Below are positions 48,591 through 56,804 of a stretch of 64,000 nucleotides of DNA, one piece after another. The DNA lies in assembly GCA_012842495.1 (NCBI GenBank), contig DUSS01000016.1:6136-70135 (forward strand). The letters are read 5' to 3'. The notes beneath the pieces are model-generated. The model made no database searches. It worked only from the letters and a program-made list of their open reading frames with translations, and was not told the origin of the DNA. Numbering within the stretch: the first letter of the stretch is position 1; every line of letters starts with the position of its first letter. Made by a program: the position numbers and the translations under genes. This DNA is from Candidatus Fermentithermobacillaceae bacterium (lineage in GTDB: Bacteria > Bacillota > Sulfobacillia > Fermentithermobacillales > DUSS01).

Positions 48591-49179
48591 TAAAGAGTTG
48601 GCCGCGGCTGGGGGCGTGGTCTTGAAACCGGTCCTGCCCCGCGGCGATGAGGAGACCGCGGGATATCACAGAGGCTATCTTTACTACCGTATACAAGCGC
48701 GTGCACTGAAGGATGGCATAGTCCATGAACCCCCCGACGTTGACGACCCCCGTTACGTGGGCATCACCGATGCCGGGCAGTCGCTTGCGAAGCCCCGCAC
48801 CGGGCAGCACGGGCCCCACTCCGACCATTATCGAGCCGACTTCGGTCTTCCTCCCCAGGCAGGCGTCGACTGCTATCACCGCAGATTCTCCACCAGCCGC
48901 GCGCGGGATAATCTCGGTGAGGTTTACTGCATGAACGGGACTTTCGAGTGTTCCCCATACCTCGCCGGCAAACCCCGCGCTGATTAGCATGGAACCTACC
49001 AGAGGGCCGAGGGAGTCTCCCGTTGACCTGTCGGTTCCGATGCAAACTACTTTGAGGGGTTTTGATTCGAGTCCCTGGATCTTCAGGACAACCCTGAGCG
49101 CGTCCGCAAGGGCATGGTGTCCGTTTTCCGCAAAGGCGTCGATTCTGATATCCCGGATGTGCTCGAGGATCGCCGGCAC
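48562..49179 (-). CDS. yyaC: YyaC-like putative sporulation protein (DUF1256, GPR-like endopeptidase fold)
   Basis: It has the KVVCIGTDRSTGDSLGPLVGSML block typical of YyaC. The family is an origin-region gene in Bacillus. Confidence 0.6.
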   Translation of the reverse strand: MPAILEHIRDIRIDAFAENGHHALADALRVVLKIQGLESKPLKVVCIGTDRSTGDSLGPLVGSMLISAGFAGEVWGTLESPVHAVNLTEIIPRAAGGESAVIAVDACLGRKTEVGSIMVGVGPVLPGAGLRKRLPGIGDAHVTGVVNVGGFMDYAILQCTRLYTVVKIASVISRGLLIAAGQDRFQDHAPSRGQLFTIPWARENA

Positions 49180-49213
49180 CCCTTAAGAAAATATGCGCGG
49201 GAGTAAGGGGAAT

Positions 49214-49840
49214 TCATTCGTTGTGTCTGGCGAGAGCTTTTATTACTTCTTCGTCGGTAACCTGAGTGAAGTCCTCGTACCACTCACCGACGGCAAAGAA
49301 AAGGGAGGGCTTGAGGGGGCATACCACTTCGTCGGCGTACCGCTCAAGCTTAGCGACCGTATCAGCCGGGGCAACCGGTACCGCAAGGACGAGACGGGAG
49401 GGCGATTTGCGTCTTAGATAAGTCAGGGCGGCCATGGCAGTGAGCCCCGTCGCTATGCCGTCGTCTACCATTATCACGATGCGGCCAGTAATCAAGGGCT
49501 CTTGCCGGTTTCCTCTCCAGAGCCTAAGCCGCCTCGAGATTTCCAGACGCTCCGCCGCCGCAGCACGTTCCAGGTACTCTGGGGAGACCGGGACAAAACT
49601 TTCCGGGTCGACGAACAATTCGCCATCGGGGTCTACTGCGGCCACCGCGAACTCGGGGTTTCCGGGGGCCCCCACTTTCCTCGAGACGATGACGTCCAAG
49701 TGCGCTTCGAGGGATGCGGCGACCACGGAAGCCACAATGACACCGCCTCTGGGCACTCCGAGGACCAGGGGGTCGTAACCCCTCCATTCCGTAAGCAGAC
49801 TGGCGAGGACTTCGCCGGCGTGGGTCCGGTCTCTGTACAT
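49214..49840 (-). CDS. Predicted phosphoribosyltransferase (COG1926-type PRTase)
   Basis: It has the PRPP-binding loop IVIMVDDGIATGLT. Confidence 0.7.
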   Translation of the reverse strand: MYRDRTHAGEVLASLLTEWRGYDPLVLGVPRGGVIVASVVAASLEAHLDVIVSRKVGAPGNPEFAVAAVDPDGELFVDPESFVPVSPEYLERAAAAERLEISRRLRLWRGNRQEPLITGRIVIMVDDGIATGLTAMAALTYLRRKSPSRLVLAVPVAPADTVAKLERYADEVVCPLKPSLFFAVGEWYEDFTQVTDEEVIKALARHNE

Positions 49841-49911
49841 GTTCTCGTGGTCCCTCCTGTGTTGCCCGTTCGCCTCGGCGAGCCGTAGGGTTTATCGTCC
49901 AGGAAAGACGT

Positions 49912-49951
49912 CAGAAAAAGAAACCTGGCATCTTTAGTGTGATCCAGGTTT
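49912..49951 (-). terminator. Putative rho-independent terminator downstream of the bactofilin gene
   Basis: The minus-strand RNA reads AAACCUGG-(15 nt)-CCAGGUUU followed by CUUUUUCU. Confidence 0.4.
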
Positions 49952-50135
49952 GTTGTTTTAACGGTTCGCCTGCCCGGTCCCTCTTTAGGCTCGCGCTGCC
50001 GCGGGCGACGGGTACTTGGCTCTCGGGTCCGCTGGAGCGGAGTTGGCGACCATCGAAAGTCCGGGACTTTCGGCCCATCGAACAGGCCTGCCAAACCTTA
50101 AACCATGTGTATCAAGACCGTGTGTACGGTCCTGC

Positions 50136-50576
50136 CTATTTCTTTGGGGGCTCGACCTTCGGAGTCGCCACCGCGTTCTGAGGTTTCTGGTACAGCTTGG
50201 TTTCCGGTTCTTTCGAGTTGGATTCCATTGTGCAGTTGCCTTGGAACAGCCCGCCTTCGGAAATGACGATGGTCCCTACGTGGACGTCGCCCTTGACTCT
50301 ACCGGTTTGGAGGATCTCCAGCCTGCCGGAGACCGCGATGTTCCCCGTAACGGTTCCGCCGACCGTAACGTTTCTAGCCTTTATGTCGGAATTGAGCGCG
50401 GCGCTTTCGCCTACAATGACGTCGGCCTCGCTTTCTATGGTTCCCTCGCAGGTCCCGTCGATTCTCAATGTGCCCTTGGAATAAATGGTACCTTTGACTT
50501 GGAGCCCTTTCCCGAGGATGCTTTCGATTTGTCCCGGCTTGGCGGGGGCTTCAGGTTTAGCGAACAACCTTATCAC
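50136..50576 (-). CDS. Bactofilin
   Basis: It has a DUF583 beta-helical repeat architecture (GTIYSKGTLRIDGTCEGTIESEADVIVGE...VTVGGTVTGNIAVSGRLEILQTGRVKGDVHVG) with a disordered basic C-terminus. Confidence 0.85.
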   Translation of the reverse strand: MIRLFAKPEAPAKPGQIESILGKGLQVKGTIYSKGTLRIDGTCEGTIESEADVIVGESAALNSDIKARNVTVGGTVTGNIAVSGRLEILQTGRVKGDVHVGTIVISEGGLFQGNCTMESNSKEPETKLYQKPQNAVATPKVEPPKK

Positions 50577-50687
50577 CTCTCATTGTCTTTTAGCTGTTGT
50601 ATCCTGGACAAGGACTTTCTTTGCCGCGATGTTTGGACTTTGTTTCCCACCGGAGTCGAGAGGGAACCTCGCGACCCGCTACGTGAA

Positions 50688-51671
50688 CTACTTGAGGTAC
50701 TTAAAGGGATTCACCGCCACTCCCGACACGTGGATCTCGTAGTGGAGGTGGGGGCCCGTGGCGGTACCCGAGTCACCAACGGTCGCTATGAGCTGCCCTC
50801 TCACGACGTTTTGGCCGTATCTCACCTTGATGGTAGAGCAATGGGCGTAAAGGGTCTTGATGCCGTAGCCGTGGTTGATGACCACGGTCCTGCCGTAGCC
50901 AGACCTATACCCGGCAAACTCAACCCGGCCGTCGGCCGCGGCCACAATGGGCGTGCCGTATGGGGCGGCAATATCTAAAGCGGGATGAAACTCATACCGT
51001 CCGGTGATGGGATGCCGGCGCCAGCCGAAGTTCGAGGTGACGCTGCCTCGTGTCGGCCATATATTCGGTTGTGCCCGCAGCCACCGCACCACCTCTTTTG
51101 CATAGCTGTCGAGGTCCTCATAGCGGGACTCTAGCCCGGACAGGCTGTTATCCAGCTCTGCAATCTCCTGCTCGGATAACTGGATTACCCTGCCAATGTC
51201 GCGGTTAGCTATCCGAACCGCGTCGGAAGAGCGTGAGGGAAGGGTCGCCGTTTCCCGAGAGGCTACGCCGAGAGCAGAGGAAATGAAAGATTGCGACAAT
51301 ACCCCCTCCGCCTCAAGAGACTGCCTGATCTTGGTTTCGAGGATCTCCAGCTGCCTGAGTCTTTCCGTGAGAGTGCGGGTCTGCTCCTGGAGGGCTTTGA
51401 GTTCAGCTTTTTGCTCTTCCGCAACGCTGTGCAGATACCGGAGTTCCGCAAGCTCAACTCCCTGCTTGTGCCAGGAGTAAGCCAGCCAGCTAACGAAGGT
51501 TAGGAAGAGGATGAGGACGGCGCAAAGGCCTCTGAGGGTTTTGGCAGAGGTGACAAGACGTTTGGGCTCGCCGGTGGTCGGTACGTACATGAGCGTGATG
51601 GGCCTCGGAGCGGTGCTCTTCGCCACCCTCAGTTTGTCGGGGGAATGTCTGGTTCCGCTACGGTGTCTCAC
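50688..51671 (-). CDS. Membrane-anchored coiled-coil M23 (LytM/EnvC-like) metallopeptidase
   Basis: It has a TM, a roughly 120-aa coiled coil, and intact M23 motifs (FHPALDIAAP, GPHLHYEI). It lies immediately upstream of the bactofilin gene on the same strand. Confidence 0.8.
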   Translation of the reverse strand: MRHRSGTRHSPDKLRVAKSTAPRPITLMYVPTTGEPKRLVTSAKTLRGLCAVLILFLTFVSWLAYSWHKQGVELAELRYLHSVAEEQKAELKALQEQTRTLTERLRQLEILETKIRQSLEAEGVLSQSFISSALGVASRETATLPSRSSDAVRIANRDIGRVIQLSEQEIAELDNSLSGLESRYEDLDSYAKEVVRWLRAQPNIWPTRGSVTSNFGWRRHPITGRYEFHPALDIAAPYGTPIVAAADGRVEFAGYRSGYGRTVVINHGYGIKTLYAHCSTIKVRYGQNVVRGQLIATVGDSGTATGPHLHYEIHVSGVAVNPFKYLK

Positions 51672-51860
51672 TGCCTGTCCCTCATTTCGTCGAAAAGCTA
51701 GAGGCCGTTCGCTTCACTGGGGGCCGTTACTTCCCGCTTCGCTCGTATCCGCACCGGGATGGCGATCCCAGGGTGTGAATTCGACGAAAAATACCGAAAT
51801 CCTGCCTCCCGCAGGGGAACCGCAGGAATTCTTTGCCCTCGCGCGCTGTCGTGATCCGGC

Positions 51861-53060
51861 TTATCCTTGCGCCAGGCCTAGGCATCCTTTGCGTTGCCGG
51901 GTGAATTCCTCGATCAGCGATCCTGTAGATGTGTAGGTCTTGCCCCTAAACCGGTAGGTCCGGGGGACGCGCTTGCCTATCCTCGTCAGGATCTCGTGAG
52001 GGATGGTGCCGGCAAGGGAAGCGATCTCGTCCACGGTTATTCTCTCCGAACCGTCCTCGCCGATCAAGATCACTTCGTCGCCCGGCTGGCAACTGGTCTG
52101 TCCGGTGTCGACCATGATTTGGTCCATACACACCCTCCCGGCCAGCCTGTGCTTCTTTCCCCCGATTATCACAGGAGCAATGTTCGACAGGTGCCGCGGA
52201 TATCCGTCGGCATATCCGATGGGAACCGTCGCGATCGCGGTGTCTTCGGATGCAGTGTAGGCCCGCCCGTAGCCCACGTTCGTCCCCGCGGGGACGCGTT
52301 TCATGTAGGCAACCCGGCTTTTCAAGCTCATGACCGGCTTGAGTTGTATCTTCTTTGGAACTTTTTGTCCGGGGAACGAGCCAAACAACATTATGCCGGG
52401 ACGCACGAGGTCGAGGTGGGATTCGGGCAGCCATAGAATCGCAGCGGAATTCGCGACATGCCTGTAGCGCGGCTGGAGACCCGCTGCTTGCAACTGGTTG
52501 AGGGCGTCCCGGTAGAGAGCCCACTGGGCCCTCGTGTATTCCTCGTCCTCGTCTGCCGCAGCAAAATGGGTGTAGACGCCTTCGAGCTGGATTGCGGAGC
52601 TCCGGCTTAGTATGGCCAAAGCCTCGTCGATTTCCCGCCCCGGGCGAAACCCTAGCCGTGACATTCCCGTATCCACCTTCAGGTGGAGCCTGGATTTCCT
52701 CGCGGCATCAAGGCCCGCCCGTTCCATCGCCTGGGCGCCCCGGATGTCGGTGATTGTCACGGAGATATCCCGTTTGACCAGTTCGGAAATAGCTTCCGGG
52801 GTTGACGGGCCCAGGACCAGAATCATGCCGGGGACGCCCACATCTCTGAGCTCCAGCGCTTCTTCGGGAGTCGCCACCGCCAGCCCCTTGACCGCCGGCA
52901 CGGTCAAAGCTGCTAGCGCGCAGGCGACAGCACCGCATCCATAGCCGTCCGCCTTGATCACGGCGAGAAGTCCGGAAGATGGAGAGGTTATGCTGGCGAC
53001 GGCTTTAATGTTCTCGCAAAAGTTGTCGAGATCGATTTCGGCCCAGGTCGGTCTGAGCAT
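51861..53060 (-). CDS. alr: Alanine racemase
   Basis: The N-terminus reads MLRPTWAEIDLDNFCENIKAV. The PLP-lysine context AVIKADGYGCGAV is present. Confidence 0.85.
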   Translation of the reverse strand: MLRPTWAEIDLDNFCENIKAVASITSPSSGLLAVIKADGYGCGAVACALAALTVPAVKGLAVATPEEALELRDVGVPGMILVLGPSTPEAISELVKRDISVTITDIRGAQAMERAGLDAARKSRLHLKVDTGMSRLGFRPGREIDEALAILSRSSAIQLEGVYTHFAAADEDEEYTRAQWALYRDALNQLQAAGLQPRYRHVANSAAILWLPESHLDLVRPGIMLFGSFPGQKVPKKIQLKPVMSLKSRVAYMKRVPAGTNVGYGRAYTASEDTAIATVPIGYADGYPRHLSNIAPVIIGGKKHRLAGRVCMDQIMVDTGQTSCQPGDEVILIGEDGSERITVDEIASLAGTIPHEILTRIGKRVPRTYRFRGKTYTSTGSLIEEFTRQRKGCLGLAQG

Positions 53061-53206
53061 AAAAGTGCCTCCTAGCCGTAAAAATGTGTTAATGTTTCAC
53101 GTGAAACATTCGACTCGCTACCGGTTACTGGCTGTCCTTCCTTACCATCCACATCCACAAAAAAGTCCAACCCTTTGCGGCTCAAAGCGCCTCCGCCGCC
53201 CCTCCG

Positions 53207-54040
53207 TCAAACCTCGCCCCCTCCAGTCAAAATACCGACCAGCCTCTCCAGATCCTCGTCACCGAAAAACGAGATCGCGATGGTGCCCCTGTTGCCGCGG
53301 CGCTGAACCACTACCGGACTCCCCAAAGCTTCCGACAGCACCTCTTCGGCCTCCCGAACCCGGACAAACCCCCGGGATTTCCTTTCCTTACTCCTCCCAT
53401 ACACCAGCTCTTCAACCTGCCGGACAGTCAGGTTCTTGGACGCCACCATCCTGGCGATCTCCCTTTGACGCTCCGGCTCCAGCCCCACCAGCGCCCTGGC
53501 ATGACCCGCCGTAATCTTCCCTTCCTCCAGAAGCTTCTTGGCCTCCGGCTCAAGCTTGAGAAGCCTCAGCGTATTCGCCACTTCCGACCTGGATTTGCCC
53601 ACCTGCTCCGCCGCTTGTTCCTGAGTCAACCCGAATTCCTCTATCAGACGGCGAAACGCCTCCGCTTCTTCCAAGGGTCCCAGGTCCTCACGCTGCAGAT
53701 TCTCTACGAGAGACACTATCATAGCCTGCCTGTCGTCCATCGTACGCACGACCGCAGGAACCCGGGCCAACCCTGCCATCTGAGCTGCCCTCAACCGCCG
53801 TTCCCCCGCGACTAGCTGAAAACGTCCCCCTACCCTCCGCACGATCAGCGGCTGCAGAACCCCATGCTCCCTCACCGACGCCGCCAGCTCCTCAAGGCTC
53901 TCCTGGCTAAATTCCCGCCGCGGCTGAAACGGGTTCGGGTCGATCTCAGATACCGCCACTTCAACGGTGGCCTCTCCCGGCTCCGGCTCTACCGGCGGAA
54001 TCAGCGAGTCAATCCCGCGCCCCAAACCTCTCTTCAACAC
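53207..54040 (-). CDS. parB: Chromosome partitioning protein ParB/Spo0J (canonical)
   Basis: It has the N-terminal KRGLGRGIDSLI, a canonical CTP-binding box II FQLVAGERRLRAAQMAG, and an HTH. The GTG start has GGAGGTG upstream and overlaps the parA 3' end. Confidence 0.9.
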   Translation of the reverse strand: MLKRGLGRGIDSLIPPVEPEPGEATVEVAVSEIDPNPFQPRREFSQESLEELAASVREHGVLQPLIVRRVGGRFQLVAGERRLRAAQMAGLARVPAVVRTMDDRQAMIVSLVENLQREDLGPLEEAEAFRRLIEEFGLTQEQAAEQVGKSRSEVANTLRLLKLEPEAKKLLEEGKITAGHARALVGLEPERQREIARMVASKNLTVRQVEELVYGRSKERKSRGFVRVREAEEVLSEALGSPVVVQRRGNRGTIAISFFGDEDLERLVGILTGGGEV

Positions 54041-54803
54041 GCCTGACCACCTCCTCCGCCAGCTCCCTGTACACCTCGGTACCTCTGGACCTCGGGTCGT
54101 AAACGCTGATGGGTTTCCCGTAGGACGGTGCTTCGCTCAGCCGCACGTTCCGTGGGATAACCGCCCTATACACCTTTTCCCGGAAGTACTTCTTTACTTC
54201 ATCCGCAACCTGCATCGAAAGGTTTGTCCTCCCGTCGAACATCGTAAGGAGCACACCTTCCAGCTCAAGGCCCGAATTCAACCGACTCCTCACCAGCTTG
54301 ATCGTGTTTAAAAGCTGCGTCAGTCCTTCCAAAGCGTAGTACTCGCACTGAATCGGAATGAGCACCGAGTCGGCGGCGACCAGCGCGTTTACCGTTAAGA
54401 GGCCCAACGAAGGCGGGCAGTCTATGAAGACGAAATCGTAGTTCGCCCTGATTCGCCCCACGACCTTTCTCAGCAGAGACTCCCTCTCTGGCGCGCTCAC
54501 CATTTCCACTTCAGCACCGGCCAGGTGAATCGAGGAAGGGAGAAGCCACACCCCCTGGTACGGCGTTGCCCTTAACACGCGGGACGGGTCGGCGTTGCCC
54601 ATAAGACAGTCATATAGCGAAACTTCCACCGAGTTTTTGTCTATCCCCAGTCCGCTGGTGGCGTTCCCCTGAGGATCGTTATCCACCACCAGCACCGTCC
54701 TGCCCATCTCGCCCAAACAGGCAGACAGGTTAACCGCCGTCGTGGTCTTCCCAACGCCACCTTTCTGATTGGCGATAGCTACAACTCTCGACAGGTTTCT
54801 CAC
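54009..54803 (-). CDS. parA: Chromosome partitioning ATPase ParA/Soj
   Basis: The N-terminus MRNLSRVVAIANQKGGVGKTTTAVNLSA carries the deviant Walker A motif. Confidence 0.95.
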   Translation of the reverse strand: MRNLSRVVAIANQKGGVGKTTTAVNLSACLGEMGRTVLVVDNDPQGNATSGLGIDKNSVEVSLYDCLMGNADPSRVLRATPYQGVWLLPSSIHLAGAEVEMVSAPERESLLRKVVGRIRANYDFVFIDCPPSLGLLTVNALVAADSVLIPIQCEYYALEGLTQLLNTIKLVRSRLNSGLELEGVLLTMFDGRTNLSMQVADEVKKYFREKVYRAVIPRNVRLSEAPSYGKPISVYDPRSRGTEVYRELAEEVVRRVEERFGARD

Positions 54804-54916
54804 CTCCCGCCATTCCCTCTCTTCTCCGGAACATCACTAAACCCTTCTAAAAATCAAAAACGGAGGGTTCGCCCCTCCGCGACCCGCTCCCGCGTCCTCA
54901 CCCGGGTCGATCACCC

Positions 54917-55807
54917 CTACGTCCTCTCCGACACATCGGGTCGCCCTGCCTGACTCCCGCCACCTACCGTCTTGCCACGGCTTGCCTCCTCTTCCACGGA
55001 CACCGCCACTTTAAAGACCCACCTTCCTCCCGAGTCCTCCTCGGCCACCTCACAACGGAGGCCAGCTCGCAGCATCTCCCTGGCGATTTGCCGCAACGAA
55101 TTCTGGAAGATTCTGAGATCCCGGTATATGCCCACCCTCCGGCGATTCTTCGCCTGAAGCGGCGATCTTATCCCGCTCTTTACCGCCACCGCGAGTTCCA
55201 TTTCCTCAGCTGACCAACTCTTGCGTACGCACTCTCTGAACAACCTCAGCCTGAGCTCCGGGTCATCCAAGCGCAACAGCGCCCTGGCGTGTCTTTCCCC
55301 GATCTGACCGCTCCTGATGCCTTCCTGGATCTCCCTTTCGAGTCTCAGCAGTCTCAGCTTATTAGCTATCGTGGATTGAACCTTTCCGATTTCAGCTCCG
55401 ATCTCTTCCTGAGACATCCCGAATTCCGCCGTCAACCGCTGATATATCCTCGCTTCCTCCAGCGGATTCAACTCCCGCCTATTCGAACCCAAAACCAACC
55501 GCACAAAAAGGGCTTCGACATCCTCCAATTCCAGGACTACGGCCGGCCCCGTCTCCTTTCCCGACGCGGCCCACCTCAAAAAGTCCCTGTCGCCCGCGAG
55601 AAGCTCGTACCCGCCGGACGCTTTCCGAACCACCAGCACTCCCTCATCCCCCGTCAGAGATCCTCCGCCCCCCGCCCTTTCCCTCATAAACGCCTCCGAA
55701 GGGGGCACCGAATCCTCCCGCCTCCTAATACTTCGCAAAGGAATCTCTACTGGTATCTGCGCATATATCTCCCTCACCGCAATTCGACCCATTGTCCCAT
55801 CTCCCAT
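54917..55807 (-). CDS. ParB/Noc-like paralog with a degenerate N-terminal CTPase region
   Basis: It occupies the Noc position between rsmG and parA. It has a ParB-type HTH (MSQEEIGAEIGKVQSTIANKLRLLRL). Box II reads LLAGDRDFLRWAA where GERRxRA is expected. The NPxQPR-type box I is not recognisable. Confidence 0.7.
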   Translation of the reverse strand: MGDGTMGRIAVREIYAQIPVEIPLRSIRRREDSVPPSEAFMRERAGGGGSLTGDEGVLVVRKASGGYELLAGDRDFLRWAASGKETGPAVVLELEDVEALFVRLVLGSNRRELNPLEEARIYQRLTAEFGMSQEEIGAEIGKVQSTIANKLRLLRLEREIQEGIRSGQIGERHARALLRLDDPELRLRLFRECVRKSWSAEEMELAVAVKSGIRSPLQAKNRRRVGIYRDLRIFQNSLRQIAREMLRAGLRCEVAEEDSGGRWVFKVAVSVEEEASRGKTVGGGSQAGRPDVSERT

Positions 55808-55919
55808 GGAAGGATTCGCCAGTAGACCCTTCCCTCCTCCTACCCGCCCGCCCTACCGTGCCACCTCCGTAGCTCCGAAACCAAACCGCCCCACGTCCCC
55901 CGCGCCCGGACCACTTCGT

Positions 55920-56708
55920 TCAGACTTGAGAACCCCGCCACAGCGGCCTCGTCTTGATAGCTCTGGCCGTCCGGGGAAACCTCGCCTCGGAAGGCCGTTC
56001 CTTCCGATACACGGCCAGCACGCGTTCCCCTTCGCCTTCGGGGAGCCAATACCGGCGGATTTCGGGACCGGCGAGCCCCAGGCAATCCAAACTGTCCCGC
56101 ACTTTGTCCCCCTCGCCCGTCCCATCCATCCCAATTACGCTCTCCGGCCCGAGCCACAGGACTATCTTCCCGCCGATCCTGACCAGAGGCGCGCCGATCT
56201 CCAACACCACCGGAAGCTTCCCTGCGGCCCTAGAGACCACGACGGAAAACACCTCTCTCGTCCGGCGATCTCTCCCGACATCTTCGGCCCTCCGCTGCCA
56301 CACTTCCACGTCCTTCACGTCCATTGCCCGCACCACCGCAGAAAGGAACTCGCACGAAGATCTCTTCGCATCCAACAGCACAAGACGTACCGAAGGTTCG
56401 TGAACTTTAAGGGCCAGTCCGGGCCATCCGTTGCCCGACCCCACATCGCAGCAAAGCTCCCCAGCACCCGGGGCGAGCGCGTACAGAAATGCAAAGGAGT
56501 CGGCAATCAATCTTACCCCGACCTCCCTGGGTGACTCGAGCCCCGTCACTCTCCTTCCACTCCAGCTCCTCCAGACCTGCACCCAAGCGAGAATCTGGCT
56601 TACAAACTCCTCTTTTACGGGCAGCCTCATCTCCGCCAGAGCCCGTAGCGCAAAGGACACGACCTCGTCCGCGCCTCCGCCAACCCTTCCCGTCACCCTC
56701 ACGGCCAA
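55920..56708 (-). CDS. rsmG: 16S rRNA (guanine527-N7)-methyltransferase
   Basis: It has the SAM-binding LCCDVGSGNGWPGLALK motif and RsmG/GidB colinearity. The likely TTG start at about 56708 has AGGAGG 7 nt upstream. The alternative is the ATG at 56726. Confidence 0.85.
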   Translation of the reverse strand: MAVRVTGRVGGGADEVVSFALRALAEMRLPVKEEFVSQILAWVQVWRSWSGRRVTGLESPREVGVRLIADSFAFLYALAPGAGELCCDVGSGNGWPGLALKVHEPSVRLVLLDAKRSSCEFLSAVVRAMDVKDVEVWQRRAEDVGRDRRTREVFSVVVSRAAGKLPVVLEIGAPLVRIGGKIVLWLGPESVIGMDGTGEGDKVRDSLDCLGLAGPEIRRYWLPEGEGERVLAVYRKERPSEARFPRTARAIKTRPLWRGSQV

Positions 56709-56804
56709 GATCGCGCCTCCTATCATGCGGGTCAGCTGCGCTTAGACTGTTACTTGAGGACCGAAATGCCGCCAACCCGCGTCCCATTTCGCCCGGGTCA
56801 TTAC

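Noticed and set aside
50016-50978. 320-aa ORF on the + strand spanning the bactofilin and M23 genes
   Set aside because: It is antisense to two genes with strong family signatures and has no recognisable domains. It is a high-GC artefact.
55806-56534. 242-aa Pro/Arg-rich ORF on the + strand antisense to rsmG
   Set aside because: It has low-complexity composition and is antisense to a conserved methyltransferase gene.
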